Source: Macrostomum lignano
Lineage: Eukaryota
DNA: 64,000 bases
Assembly: GCA_002269645.1 (NCBI GenBank)
Contig: NIVC01000397.1
Coordinates: 1 to 64,000 of the forward strand
Reading direction: 5' to 3'
This document shows, one piece after another, positions 1-12,989 of this stretch. Numbering within the stretch: the first letter of the stretch is position 1; each line of letters opens with the position of its first letter. The position numbers were made by a program, and so were the translations under genes. Under the pieces are notes generated by a model, which was not told the origin of the DNA, searched no databases, and was given only the letters and a program-made list of their open reading frames with translations.

Positions 1-2626
1 TGAGCCAGGAATCTCCGAGAGCCTCTCGTTACACATCCAGATGTTCTGCCTTGATGCTGGACTAGCTCACTTTCTAGGAATCTGTTCTGATTGCATTCTA
101 ACAAACTGAAGCATTCTCGGCACTAAACTTTCTCGGCGCTCTGAGAGCCAGAGCCTCAAACAGACAGAGAAATCTTCGATTGTGTCTGTAGGTTAGGTGA
201 CCAGCTATTCTACAGCACTTCTAGGCGATAATCTGAGCAGGATCTCCGAGAGCCTCTCGTTACACATCCAGATGTTCTGCCTTGATGCTGGACTAGCTCA
301 CTTTCTAAGAATCTGTTCTGATTGCATTCTAACAAACTGAAGCATTTTCTGCACTAAACTTTCTCGGCGGCTCTAAGAGCCAGAGCCTAAACAGACAGAG
401 AAATCTGCTCGAGTTGTGTCTGTAGGTTAGTGGACCACTTCTGAGAGACAAAGCCTCAAACAGACTGAGAGAGCTGCTTCAGTTCTGTCTGTAGTTATGT
501 GGACCATTTAGAGAGAGCCTCAACAGACAGAGAAATCTGTTCGAGTTGTGTCTGTAGGTTAGTGGACCAGCTATTCTACAGCACTTCTAGGCGATAATCC
601 GAGCCAGGAATCTCTAAGAGCCTTCGTTACACATCCAGATTTCTGCCTTGATGCTGGACTAGCTCACTTTCTAGGAATCTGTTCTGATTGCATTCTAACA
701 AACTGAAGCATTCTCGCACTAAACTTTCTCGGCGGCTCTAAGAGCCAGAGCCTCAAACAGACAGAGAAATCTGTTCGAGTTGTGTCTGTAAGTTAGATGG
801 ACCAGCTATTCTACAGCACTTCTAGGCGATAATCTTGAGCAGGAATCTCCGAGAGCCTCTCGTTACACATCCAGATGTTCTGCCTTGATGCTGGACTAGC
901 TCACATTCTAGGAATCTGTTCTGATTGCATTCTAACAAACTGAAGCATTCTCGGCAACAAAAAATTCTCGGCGGCTCTGAGAGCCAGAGCCTCAAACAGA
1001 CAGAGAAATCTGTTCGAGTTGAGTCTGTAGGTTAGGTGGACCAGCTACTCCACAGCACTTCTAGGCGATAATCTGAGCCAGGAATCTCCGAGAGCCTTCT
1101 CGTTACACATCCAGATGTTCTGCCTTGATGCTGGACTAGCTCACTTTCTAGGAATCTGTTCTGATTGCATTCTAACAAACTGAAGCATTCTCGGCACTAA
1201 ACTTTCTCGGCGGCTCTGAGAGCCAGAGCCTCAAACAGACAGAGAAATCTGTTCGAGTTGTCAAACAGACAGAGAAATCTGTTCGAGTTGTGTCTGTAGG
1301 TTAGGTGACCAGCTACTCCACAGCACTTCTAGGCGATAATCTGAGCCAGGAATCTTCAGAGACTTCGTTACACATCCAGATGTTCTGCCTTGATGCTGAC
1401 TAGCTCACTTTCTAGGAATCTGTTCTGATTGCATTCTAAACAAACTGAAGCATTCCGGCACTAAATTTTCTCGGCGGTTCTGAGAGCCAGAGCTTCAAAC
1501 AGACAGAGAAATCTGTTCGAGTTGTGTCTGTAGGTTAGGTGGACCAGCTATTCTACAGCACTTCTAGGCGATAATCCGAGCCAGGAATCTCCGAGAGCCT
1601 CTCGTTACACATCCAGATGTTCTGCCTTGATGCTGGACTAGCTCACTTTAAGAATCTGTTCTGATTGCATTCTAACAAACTGAAGCATTCTCGGCACTAA
1701 ATTTCTCGGCGGCTCTGAGAGCCAGAGCCTCAAACAGACAGAAATCTGTTCGAGTTGTGTCTGTAGGTTAGGTGGACCAGCTATTCTACAGCACTTCTAG
1801 GCGATAATCCGAGCCAGGAATCTCCGAGAGCCTCTCGTTACACATCCAGATTTCTGCCTTGATGCTGGACTAGCTCACTTCTAGGAATCTGTTCTGATTG
1901 CATTCTAACAAACTGAAGCATTTTCTGCACTAAACTTTCTCGGCGGCTCTGAGAGCCAGAGCCCTAAACAGACAGAGAAATCTGTTCGAGTTGTGTCTGT
2001 AGGTTAGGTGGACCACCTTCTGAGAGACAAAGCCTCAACAGACTGAGAGAGCTCTTCAGTTCTGTCTGTAGGTTAGTGACCACCTAATAGCCAGAGCTCT
2101 AAACAGACAGAGAAATCTGTTCGATTGTGTCTGTAGGTTAGGTGGACCAGCTATTCTATAGCACTTCTAGGCGATAATCTGAGCCAGGAATCTCCGAGAG
2201 CCTCTCGTTACACATCCAGATGTTCTGCCTTGATGCTGGACTAGCTCACTTTCTAGGAATATGTTCTGATTGCATTCTAACAAACTGAAGCATTTTCTGC
2301 ACTAAACTTTCTCGTGGCTCTAAGAGCCAGAGCCTAAACAGACAGAGAAATCTGCTCGAGTTGTCTGTTAGGTTAGGTGGACCACCTTCTGAGAGACAAA
2401 GCCTCAAACAGACTGAGAGAGCTGCTTCAGTTGTTGTAGGTTATGTGGACCATTTAAGAGCCAGAGCCTCAAACAGACAGAGAAATCTGTTCGAGTTGTG
2501 TCTGTATGTTAGGTGGACCAGCTATTCTACAGCACTTCTAGGCGATAATCTGAGCCAGGAATCTCCGAGAGCCTCTCGTTACACATCCAGATGTTCTGCC
2601 TTGATGCTGGACTAGCTCACTTTCTA

Positions 2627-2928
2627 GCATACATGCGCAAACAGTCGGCCGAGTCGGCCGATCCGGCCGACCGATTTGGCGGCCCAACCAAGGTAAGTCG
2701 CAAAAATGCCCACCCGAAAGAATCATACGTAGTACTAATTAGATGACGAGGCATTTAGCCCCTTATAAGACAGTTATAGTTACTCCTGCTGTTACCCAAA
2801 ATTGCGTTAATTTTGCTTAAGGGTTTCTTTTACAGGTAAGTCGCATTTTTGGCCAAAAACTACGTCGCATTTTTTGTTAAAACTAAGTCGCACGGCCGAC
2901 CGAATTTTGGAGGTTGCGCATGTTATGC
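2627..2928. mobile_element. ~300 bp non-autonomous TIR element (MITE) inserted in a satellite monomer
   Basis: Ends GCAT-ACATGCGCAA / TTGCGCATGTTATGC are inverted. Flanks CTTTCTA | TTCTAGG duplicate TTCTA of the monomer sequence CTTTCTAGG (or 3-bp TCT if the ends are one base longer). Internal repeats GGCCGACCGA and TAAGTCGCA. Confidence 0.85.
2722..2797 (-). pseudogene. Degenerate 28S (LSU) rRNA fragment, helix 69-71 region
   Basis: Plus strand ACTAATTAGATGACGAGGCATTT...TATAGTTACTCCTGCTGTTACCC matches the reverse complement of conserved 28S GGGTAAACGGCGGGAGTAACTATGACTCTCTTAAGGTAGCCAAATGCCTCGTCATCTAATTAGT, with 23 contiguous identical nt. H69 pairing is broken. Confidence 0.85.
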
Positions 2929-5900
2929 TTCTAGGAATGCTGTTCTGATTGCATTCTAACAAACTGAGCATCTCGCACTAAACTTTCTCAGCGCTCTGAG
3001 AGCCAGAGCCTTAAACAGACAGAAATCTGTTCGAGTTGTGTCTGTAGGTTAGATGGACCAGCTATTCTACAGCACTTCTAGGCGATAATCTGAGCCAGGA
3101 ATCTCCAAGAGCCTTCTCGTTACACATCCAGATGTTCTGCCTTGATGCTGGACTAGCTCACTTTCTAGGAATCTGTTCTGATTGCATTCTAACAAACTGA
3201 AGCATTCTCGGGACTAAACTTTCTCGGCGGCTCTGAGAGCCAGAGCCTCAAACAGACAGAGAAATCTGTTCGAGTTGTGTCTGTAGGTTAGGTGGACCAG
3301 CTATTCTACAGCACTTCTAGGCGATAATCTGAGCCAGGAATCTCCGAGAGCCTCTCGTTACACATCCAGATGTTCTGCTTGATGCTGGACTAGCTCACTT
3401 TCTAGGAATCTGTTCTGATTACATTCTAACAAACTGAAGCATTCTCGGCACTAAACTTTCTCAGCGGCTCTGAGATCCAGAGCCTCAAACAGACAGAAAT
3501 CTGTTCGAGTTGTGTCTGTAGGTTAGGTGGACCAGCTACTCCACAGCACTTCTAGGCGATAATCCGAGCCAGGAATCTCCGAGAGCCTCTCGTTACACAT
3601 CCAGATGTTCTGCCTTGATGCTGGACTAGCTCACTTTCTAGGAATATGTTCTGATTGCATTCTAACAAACTGAAGCATTTTCTGCACTAAACTTTCTCGG
3701 TGGCTCTAAGAGCCAGAGCCTAAACAGACAGAGAAATCTGCTCGAGTTGTGTCTGTAGGTTAGGTGGACCACCTTCTGAGAGACAAAGCCTCAAACAGAC
3801 TGAGAGAGCTGCTTCAGTTCTGTTTGTAGGTTATGTGGACCATTTAAGAGCCAGAGCCTCAAACAGACAGAGAAATCTGTTCGAGTTGTGTCTGTAGGTT
3901 AGATGGACCAGCTATTCTACAGCACTTCTAGGCGATAATCTGAGCCAGGAATCTCCAAGAGCCTCTCGTTACACATCCAGATGTTCTGCCTTGATGCTGG
4001 ACTAGCTCACTTTCTAGGAATCTGTTCTGATTGCATTCTAACAAACTGAAGCATTCTCGGCACTAAACTTTCTCGGCGGCTCTGAGAGCCAGAGCCTCAA
4101 ACAGACAGAGAAATCTGTTCGAGTTGTGTCTGTAGGTTAGGTGGACCAGCTATTCTACAGCACTTCTAGGCGATAATCTGAGCCAGGAATCTCCGAGAGC
4201 CTCTCGTTACACATCCAGATGTTCTGCCTTGATGCTGGACTAGCTCACTTTCTAGGAATCTGTTCTGATTACATTCTAACAAACTGAAGAATTCTCGGCA
4301 CTAAACTTTCTCAGCGGCTCTGAGATCCAGAGCCTCAAACAGACAGAAATCTGTTCGAGTTGTGTCTGTAGGTTAGGTGGACCAGCTACTCCACAGCACT
4401 TCTAGGCGATAATCTGAGCCAGGAATCTCCGAGAGCCTCTCGTTACACATCCAGATGTTCTGCCTTGATGCTGGACTAGCTCACTTTCTAGGAATCTGTT
4501 CTGATTACATTCTAACAAACTGAAGAATTCTCGGCACTAAACTTTCTCAGCGGCTCTGAGATCCAGAGCCTCAAACAGACAGAAATCTGTTCGAGTTGTG
4601 TCTGTAGGTTAGGTGGACCAGCTACTCCACAGCACTTCTAGGCGATAATCCGAGCCAGGAGTCTTCGAGAGACTTTCGTTACACATCCAGATGTTCTGCC
4701 TTGATGCTGGACTAGCTCACGTTCTAGGAATCTGTTCTGATTGCATTGTAACAAACTGAAGAATTTTCTGCACTAAACTTTCTCGGCGGCTCTAAGAGCC
4801 AGAGCCTAAACAGACAGAGAAATCTGCTCGAGTTGTGTCTGTAGGTTAGGTGGACCACCTTCTGAGAAACAAAGCCTCAAACAGACTGAGAGAGCTGCTT
4901 CAGTTCTGTTTGTAGGTTATGTGGACCATTTAAGAGCCAGAGCCTCAAACAGACAGAGAAATCTGTTCGAGTTGTGTCTGTAGGTTAGGTGGACCAGCTA
5001 TTCTACAGCACTTCTAGGCGATAATCTGAGCCAGGAATCTCCAAGAGCCTCTCGTTACACATCCAGATGTTCTGCCTTGATGCTGGACTAGCTCACTTTC
5101 TAGGAATCTGTTCTGATTGCATTCTAACAAACTGAAGCATTCTCGCACTAAATTTTCTCGGCGGCTCTGAGAGCCAGAGCCTCAAACAGACAGAGAAATC
5201 TGTTCGAGTTGTGTCTGTAGGTTAGGTGGACCAGCTATTCTACAGCACTTCTAGGCGATAATCTGAGCCAGGAATCTCCGAGAGCCTCTCGTTACACATC
5301 CAGATGTTCTGCCTTGATGCTGGACTAGCTTACTTTCTAGGAATCTGTTCTGATTACATTCTAACAAACTGAAGCATTCTCGGCACTAAACTTTCTCGGC
5401 GGCTCTGAGAGCCAGAGCCTCAAACAGACAGAAATCTGTTCGAGTTGTGTCTGTAGGTTAGGTGGACCAGCTACTCCACAGCACTTCTAGGCGATAATCT
5501 GAGCCAGGAGTCTTCGAGAGACTTTCGTTACACATCCAGATGTTCTGCCTTGATGCTGGACTAGCTCACTTTCTAGGAATCTGTTCTGATTGCATTCTAA
5601 CAAACTGAAGCATTTTCTGCACTAAACTTTCTCGGCGGCTCTAAGAGCCAGAGCCTAAACAGACAGAGAAATCTGCTCGAGTTGTGTCTGTAGGTTAGGT
5701 GGACCACCTTCTGAGAGACAAAGCCTCAAACAGACTGAGAGAGCTGCTTCAGTTCTGTCTGTAGGTTATGTGGACCATTTAAGAGCCAGAGCCTCAAACA
5801 GACAGAGAAATCTGTTCGAGTTGTGTCTGTAGGTTAGGTGGACCAGCTATTCTACAGCACTTCTAGGCGATAATCTGAGCCAGGAATCTCCGAGAGCCTC

Positions 5901-8900
5901 TCGTTACACATCCAGATGTTCTGCCTTGATGCTGGACTAGCTCACTTTCTAGGAATCTGTTCTGATTGCATTCTAACAAACTGAAGCATTCTCGGCACTA
6001 AACTTTCTCGGCGGCTCTGAGAGCCAGAGCCTAAACAGACAGAGAAATCTGTTCGAGTTGTGTCTGTAGGTTAGGTGGACCAGCTACTCCACAGCACTTC
6101 TAGGCGATAATCTGAGCCAGGAATCTCCGAGAGCCTCTCGTTACACATCCAGATGTTCTGCCTTGATGCTGGACTAGCTCACTTTCTAGGAATCTGTTCT
6201 GATTGCATTCTAACAAACTGAAGCATTCTCGGCACTAAACTTTCTCGGCGGCTCTGAGAGCCAGAGCCTTAAACAGACAGAAATCTGTTCGAGTTGTGTC
6301 TGTAGGTTAGATGGACCAGTTATTCTACAGCACTTCTAGGCGATAATCTGAGCCAGGAATCTCCGAGAGCCTCTCGTTACACATCCAGATGTTCTGCCTT
6401 GATGCTGGACTAGCTCACTTTCTAGGAATCTGTTCTGATTGCATTCTAACAAACTGAAGCATTCTCGGCACTAAACTTTCTCGGCGGCTCTGAGAGCCAG
6501 AGCCTCAAACAGACAGAGAAATCTGTTCGAGTTGTGTCTGTAGGTTAGGTGGACCAGCTATTCTACAGCACTTCTAGGCGATAATCTGAGCCAGGAATCT
6601 CCGAGAGCCTCTCGTTACACATCCAGATGTTCTGCCTTGATGCTGGACTAGCTCACTTTCTAAGAATCTGTTCTGATTGCATTCTAACAAACTGAAGCAT
6701 TTTCTGCACTAAACTTTCTCGGCGGCTCTAAGAGCCAGAGCCTAAACAGACAGAGAAATCTGCTCGAGTTGTGTCTGTAGGTTAGGTGGACCACCTTCTG
6801 AGAGACAAAGCCTCAAACAGACTGAGAGAGCTGCTTCAGTTCTGTCTGTAGGTTATGTGGACCATTTAAGAGCCAGAGCCTCAAACAGACAGAGAAATCT
6901 GTTCGAGTTGTGTCTGTAGGTTAGGTGGACCAGCTATTCTACAGCACTTCTAGGCGATAATCCGAGCCAGGAATCTCTAAGAGCCTCTCGTTACACATCC
7001 AGATGTTCTGCCTTGATGCTGGACTAGCTCACTTTCTAGGAATCTGTTCTGATTGCATTCTAACAAACTGAAGCATTCTCGGCACTAAACTTTCTCGGCG
7101 GCTCTAAGAGCCAGAGCCTCAAACAGACAGAGAAATCTGTTCGAGTTGTGTCTGTAAGTTAGATGGACCAGCTATTCTACAGCACTTCTAGGCGATAATC
7201 TGAGCCAGGAATCTCCGAGAGCCTCTCGTTACACATCCAGATGTTCTGCCTTGATGCTGGACTAGCTCACATTCTAGGAATCTGTTCTGATTGCATTCTA
7301 ACAAACTGAAGCATTCTCGGCAACAAAAAATTCTCGGCGGCTCTGAGAGCCAGAGCCTCAAACAGACAGAGAAATCTGTTCGAGTTGAGTCTGTAGGTTA
7401 GGTGGACCAGCTACTCCACAGCACTTCTAGGCGATAATCTGAGCCAGGAATCTCCGAGAGCCTCTCGTTACACATCCAGATGTTCTGCCTTGATGCTGGA
7501 CTAGCTCACTTTCTAGGAATCTGTTCTGATTGCATTCTAACAAACTGAAGCATTCTCGGCACTAAACTTTCTCGGCGGCTCTGAGAGCCAGAGCCTCAAA
7601 CAGACAGAGAAATCTGTTCGAGTTGTGTCTGTAGGTTAGGTGGACCAGCTACTCCACAGCACTTCTAGGCGATAATCTGAGCCAGGAATCTTCAAGAGAC
7701 TTTCGTTACACATCCAGATGTTCTGCCTTGATGCTGGACTAGCTCACTTTCTAGGAATCTGTTCTGATTGCATTCTAACAAACTGAAGCATTCTCGGCAC
7801 TAAATTTTCTCGGCGGTTCTGAGAGCCAGAGCTTCAAACAGACAGAGAAATCTGTTCGAGTTGTGTCTGTAGGTTAGGTGGACCAGCTATTCTACAGCAC
7901 TTCTAGGCGATAATCCGAGCCAGGAATCTCCGAGAGCCTCTCGTTACACATCCAGATGTTCTGCCTTGATGCTGGACTAGCTCACTTTCTAAGAATCTGT
8001 TCTGATTGCATTCTAACAAACTGAAGCATTCTCGGCACTAAATTTTCTCGGCGGCTCTGAGAGCCAGAGCCTCAAACAGACAGAAATCTGTTCGAGTTGT
8101 GTCTGTAGGTTAGGTGGACCAGCTATTCTACAGCACTTCTAGGCGATAATCCGAGCCAGGAATCTCCGAGAGCCTCTCGTTACACATCCAGATGTTCTGC
8201 CTTGATGCTGGACTAGCTCACTTTCTAGGAATCTGTTCTGATTGCATTCTAACAAACTGAAGCATTTTCTGCACTAAACTTTCTCGGCGGCTCTGAGAGC
8301 CAGAGCCCTAAACAGACAGAGAAATCTGTTCGAGTTGTGTCTGTAGGTTAGGTGGACCACCTTCTGAGAGACAAAGCCTCAAACAGACTGAGAGAGCTGC
8401 TTCAGTTCTGTCTGTAGGTTATGTGGACCACCTAATAGCCAGAGCTCTAAACAGACAGAGAAATCTGTTCGAGTTGTGTCTGTAGGTTAGGTGGACCAGC
8501 TATTCTATAGCACTTCTAGGCGATAATCTGAGCCAGGAATCTCCGAGAGCCTCTCGTTACACATCCAGATGTTCTGCCTTGATGCTGGACTAGCTCACTT
8601 TCTAGGAATATGTTCTGATTGCATTCTAACAAACTGAAGCATTCTCGGCACTAAACTTTCTCAGCGGCTCTGAGAGCCAGAGCCTCAAACAGACAGAGAA
8701 ATCTGTTCGAGTTGTGTCTGTAGGTTAGGTGGACCAGCTTCTCTACAGCAATTGAGTTGCAGGCCTTGCAGCTAGCTACTTTGAGATCATCAAACGAAAC
8801 TCACTTTTCTGGACTCGGTGTCGACGGATTTGCGAGCAGACTGATGATTTTCACCAGGCGATGCGGCTTCTTCGATTTCGCAGTGGCTTTTTGCGACGGT

Positions 8901-10479
8901 GTTTTTTTAGTTTTTATTTTAGGCTTGGCGTCCTTTTTTGCGGGTCATCATATCTTGGTTGTAGATTACAGTTTTTGGCACAATAAATTTATATATGGAT
9001 GAAACTTGGAGTAATGATTAACATTAGACCTATTAAGTATAAAAAACCGTTCTAATTTATACAATTGCAATCCTTTAGAGTTGTATAGTATGGATTATAA
9101 GTACTTTCTTTTAAACTGTCTGTGTCTGGTCTCACTACGCCATGGTTTACGTGGACCACCCGCTTAGACATTATATATCCCTCTCTCCACTGTCTTACCT
9201 TCAGAACGCTTGCGGGTTTCCTATTGGCTGCGGTCGGTCCCATTGTTGGGGTGGATCTATCCTCCTAAGTGTTAACCAGCCAATTATAGAAAGGGAGGTC
9301 TGTCTGTCTGTCTGTTCCAACCCTATACTCCTGCACATGTGTTTACGTGGACCAAACAGACAGTGAGTGTTAGGCTGACTGTTAATGCGTTCTTAGTTTT
9401 ACTGGGACCGCAATCAAGTCGACCTTTTGCTAGAGAGTCAGAGACCCAATCGCTAGCTAAAAGGCCCTTCTTAATTGCGTCCTCTTGATCAAATCTTTTG
9501 CATGTACATGTATGAATTGTCCTTTTCAATTAGGTAAATTGCATCTTCAACTTTGCACTTGAAAGGCTGCAGCTTAGGATCTTCTTCTTCCAACATTGGA
9601 GGAGGATAGAACAGGATATCCCATAGTGTTTAGGATAGAATTGGCAAGCACTTAATTCATGAAGTTGCTATTTTCTTCTTGTGTAATGGTAGAGCCTCAG
9701 AAATTCGCATTTACACAGTGTGGCTATCAAGGACCACTGGGAGTTCTTGAGAAGTCATTGAAGAATACTATTTAGGCTTCACTTAAATATCTTTCTTGTC
9801 TCGGAGTCTTTATCGTTTGATCTGGTTAGCGAATTGGATTTCTTTACGTTGGTGTCTTACTCTGTGAGTCTGTGCTCAGAGTACGATACCGAAATTGCTG
9901 GAACTGAGCTAATTAAATGGAGTTTAAAGTTTACTGTATCAAATTCATTTCGCATACGAGGTTTCAGAATTTAACCTGCGTACCTACTTGAATGTCAAAG
10001 ATGTTGAACGCATATTGTTTTAAAGCCAGTGGCGGTCATAATATGATGTTAACATAGCCATTTGTTCGTAAGGTAATGATCTGTAAAAAATTCAGTTTTG
10101 CATCGAATCTATGCTTAATAACTGCTCTACACAAACAGACACAAACAGACACAAACAGACACAAACAGACGATTTTCGAAAAATTTTCTAAAATTTTTCG
10201 GTTTACGTGGACCAGACTCGCTCAGTTTAGGTAGACCAGGCTGGAGGTCCAGCTAAACTGAAATGCAAATAACTTTGGAAAAAACCATGCTAGACATCCC
10301 AAAATTGCTTAAGCCTTTCTTGACCCGCCTGACATTAATGTGAGATCCTCATCAACGTCTTAACCCCACCAGAGACAAAATTATTTGGTGGTCCACCTAA
10401 GTGGTCTACCTACACCGGGTGGTCCAGCTAACGAGGCTACTAAACTTCCAAAAAGTCCACGTAAACACACAGACAGTAG

Positions 10480-10530
10480 AACAGGCAGGCAGACAGACAG
10501 ACAGACACTAAGACAGACAGACACTAAGGC

Positions 10531-10583
<53 letters not shown>

Positions 10584-10606
10584 CTAAGACAGACAGACAC
10601 TAAGGC

Positions 10607-10647
<41 letters not shown>

Positions 10648-10670
10648 CTAAGACAGACAGACACTAAGGC

Positions 10671-10705
<35 letters not shown>
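10480..10705. repeat. (AGAC)n microsatellite
   Basis: Direct reading. Confidence 0.95.
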
Positions 10706-10706
<1 letters not shown>

Positions 10707-11602
10707 CAAGTCAGGCACGCGGTGATTTGCAGTGATTTATGGTTATCGATTTTACAACTTTTTTAGTCGTTTTTTTGAGTTGCATATTTGATTCACACTT
10801 TCTACAATTGAAATCCCGGGACAAGAGTCGGTGCGGTCAGCTCTCTAAGCCATCTCCCCCCCCCCCCGAGGATAGGGAGAAGGCGGCACTGGAATTCTCA
10901 ATCAGTCCAGTCGAGCGTAAGCAGATTACGTCGCAGCGACGCCGCCGGGATTGCCTTTAAGGCAGGCAGGCAGGCAGACTTTCTGGCATGGGCTCTGCGG
11001 GTGAGCTGAGCTGCCAAAATTAAAGAGCAGAATGCAAGTCGAGTAGAACAAGCTTGGTCGGCCGCTCGGGAACTCAAAAGTGAGCGAGACCGTCAGAGTA
11101 GAGTAGAGACTATAGATAATCAACTTTCCAGCAAGATGAGCTCACAAGAATTGAGTTGGATATATCCATCCATTCTCCATTCTCACAAGCAAAGGCCTCT
11201 AGGGACTGACCACGACTAGGCGCGCTATCAATGTGATCATGAGTAGTTGCTAGGGCCAGAATTCAAATGAGACTGCCAGTCTTCTAGCAGCGTCTCTTGA
11301 ACCATTTTTATCCCCCAGCATCTCTGATACTAGAAATGAGAAATTTGCCTAAAAATTCATCACCCAGCAACAGAATTCTAACCAAGAAGTATCATTTTAA
11401 CAGACAATAAATCATCTTTCCGTTTGCTTCAATTTGATTACGATATCGCAGAAAACTGTGGAGAGATAAACATGCAACCAAGTTTTTGATGACAAGCTTG
11501 TCTTTTTTGATAACAAGAAACGGACTATAAAATGACAAAAATATTGGCGGCATCCTGGAGCAACGTCTTTGACGACATTGTAACAAATCCTGCGGTTCTG
11601 CC

Positions 11603-12080
11603 GACATGAAGACACTACCGACTTTAACGACATGAAGACACTACCGACTTTAACGACATGAAGACACTACCGACTTTAACGACATTAAGACACTACCGAC
11701 TTTAACGACATGAAGACACTACCGACTTTAACGACATAAAGACACTACCGACATTAACGACATGAAGACACTACCGACTTTAACGACATGAAGACACTAC
11801 CGACTTTAACGACATGAAGACACTACCGACTTTAACAACATGAAGACACTACCGACTTTAACGACATGAAGACACTACCGACTTTAACGACATGAAGACA
11901 CTACCGACTTTAACGACATGAAGACACTACCGACTTTAACGACATGAAGACACTACCGACTTTAACAACATGAAGAAACTATCGAGTCTACCGACATGAA
12001 GACACTGCCGATTCAACGACGTGAAGAAACTACCGAACTACCGAATTAACGACATGAAGACACTGCCGATTTAACGACAA
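11603..12080. repeat. 26-bp minisatellite GACATGAAGACACTACCGACTTTAAC
   Basis: About 14 near-perfect tandem copies, then degenerate. Confidence 0.95.
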
Positions 12081-12989
12081 AAAATAAACTGCCAGGTTTG
12101 ACGCCAAGAATCTGCAGTCTGCTGTCCCGCGTAAAATACCATTTTTTGCAAACAATTAGCTACTAATATTAGCAGTCAGTTTACTAATATAATGATATAT
12201 ATATAGCCCTACATTGCACAGAGGGCAATTTTTATTATTATCAGATCAGCTAATCCAGATTCCCATTTTTTCTTTTCGTTGACAACAATCTTCATCAGCA
12301 TATCTGAGGGAGAGAGAGAGAGAGAGAGGCTGAAAAGATGAGGCAGATTGGTCGGGTCACGTCCAGCATTGCCGCATGAGAGAGAGAGAGAGAGAGTTGA
12401 ACACACAAACAGACCGATAGCTGCCTGTCTATTTTGACTGTTGGAAAATCTGCGCACACGCGGGCAAAGTCGCTCACCTCACCCCCACAAGCTAGCATTG
12501 CTTCCCTATTTACATCATCTTATACCTGCAATCGTCTATACACATCTTTCTCTATTCATCAGTCTTCAGCATTCAGGCCTCAGGGATGGCGATGGAAAAC
12601 AAACAGAGTTGGGCACGGATCGCTGCCAGCTGCATGGCTAATCCTAAAAATATCAGTCAGCGCAGAACCGTCTTATGCCAAAATATTACCTGGGTACATA
12701 CCATATGGTCCATTTACGTCGGATAATGGATGTGAATAAATTGGCTTGATTGCGGAAAAATAATTCTGCTAGCTTATCTTGACTTATCCAGCAAATTATT
12801 TTAAACTGAAAATATCAAAAGTTTTAATTCATTTTAAATACGATGTGTAAAGTGATGGATGATATGGATTAGGAATATTTCGTCAGATTCATTTCTAGGA
12901 TGAGAAAATCGCCAAGAGGGAAGAATGAAAAAAGTTTAGTTAACATAGATGGGAAAAATTTAATAATTGAGAGATTTAGGAATGGGGAG

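Larger units (their letters stand above)
1..8750. repeat. Tandem satellite, ~236-238 bp monomer, with a longer variant carrying a ~105 bp internal duplication
   Basis: Unit GAGCCAGGAATCTCCGAGAGCCTCTCGTTACACATCCAG...TTCTAGGCGATAATCT recurs throughout (CTCCGAGAGC at 6125, 6361, 6599). The array runs off the window start. Confidence 0.98.

Noticed and set aside
8770-8965. Lys-rich minus-strand frame ending at GTGAGT, as a possible TMEM135 downstream exon
   Set aside because: No recognisable similarity, and the acceptor and phase are unclear
11603-12080. CRISPR-like appearance of the 26-bp array (also the 34-bp and 36-bp arrays)
   Set aside because: Head-to-tail units without unique spacers, no cas genes, eukaryotic context
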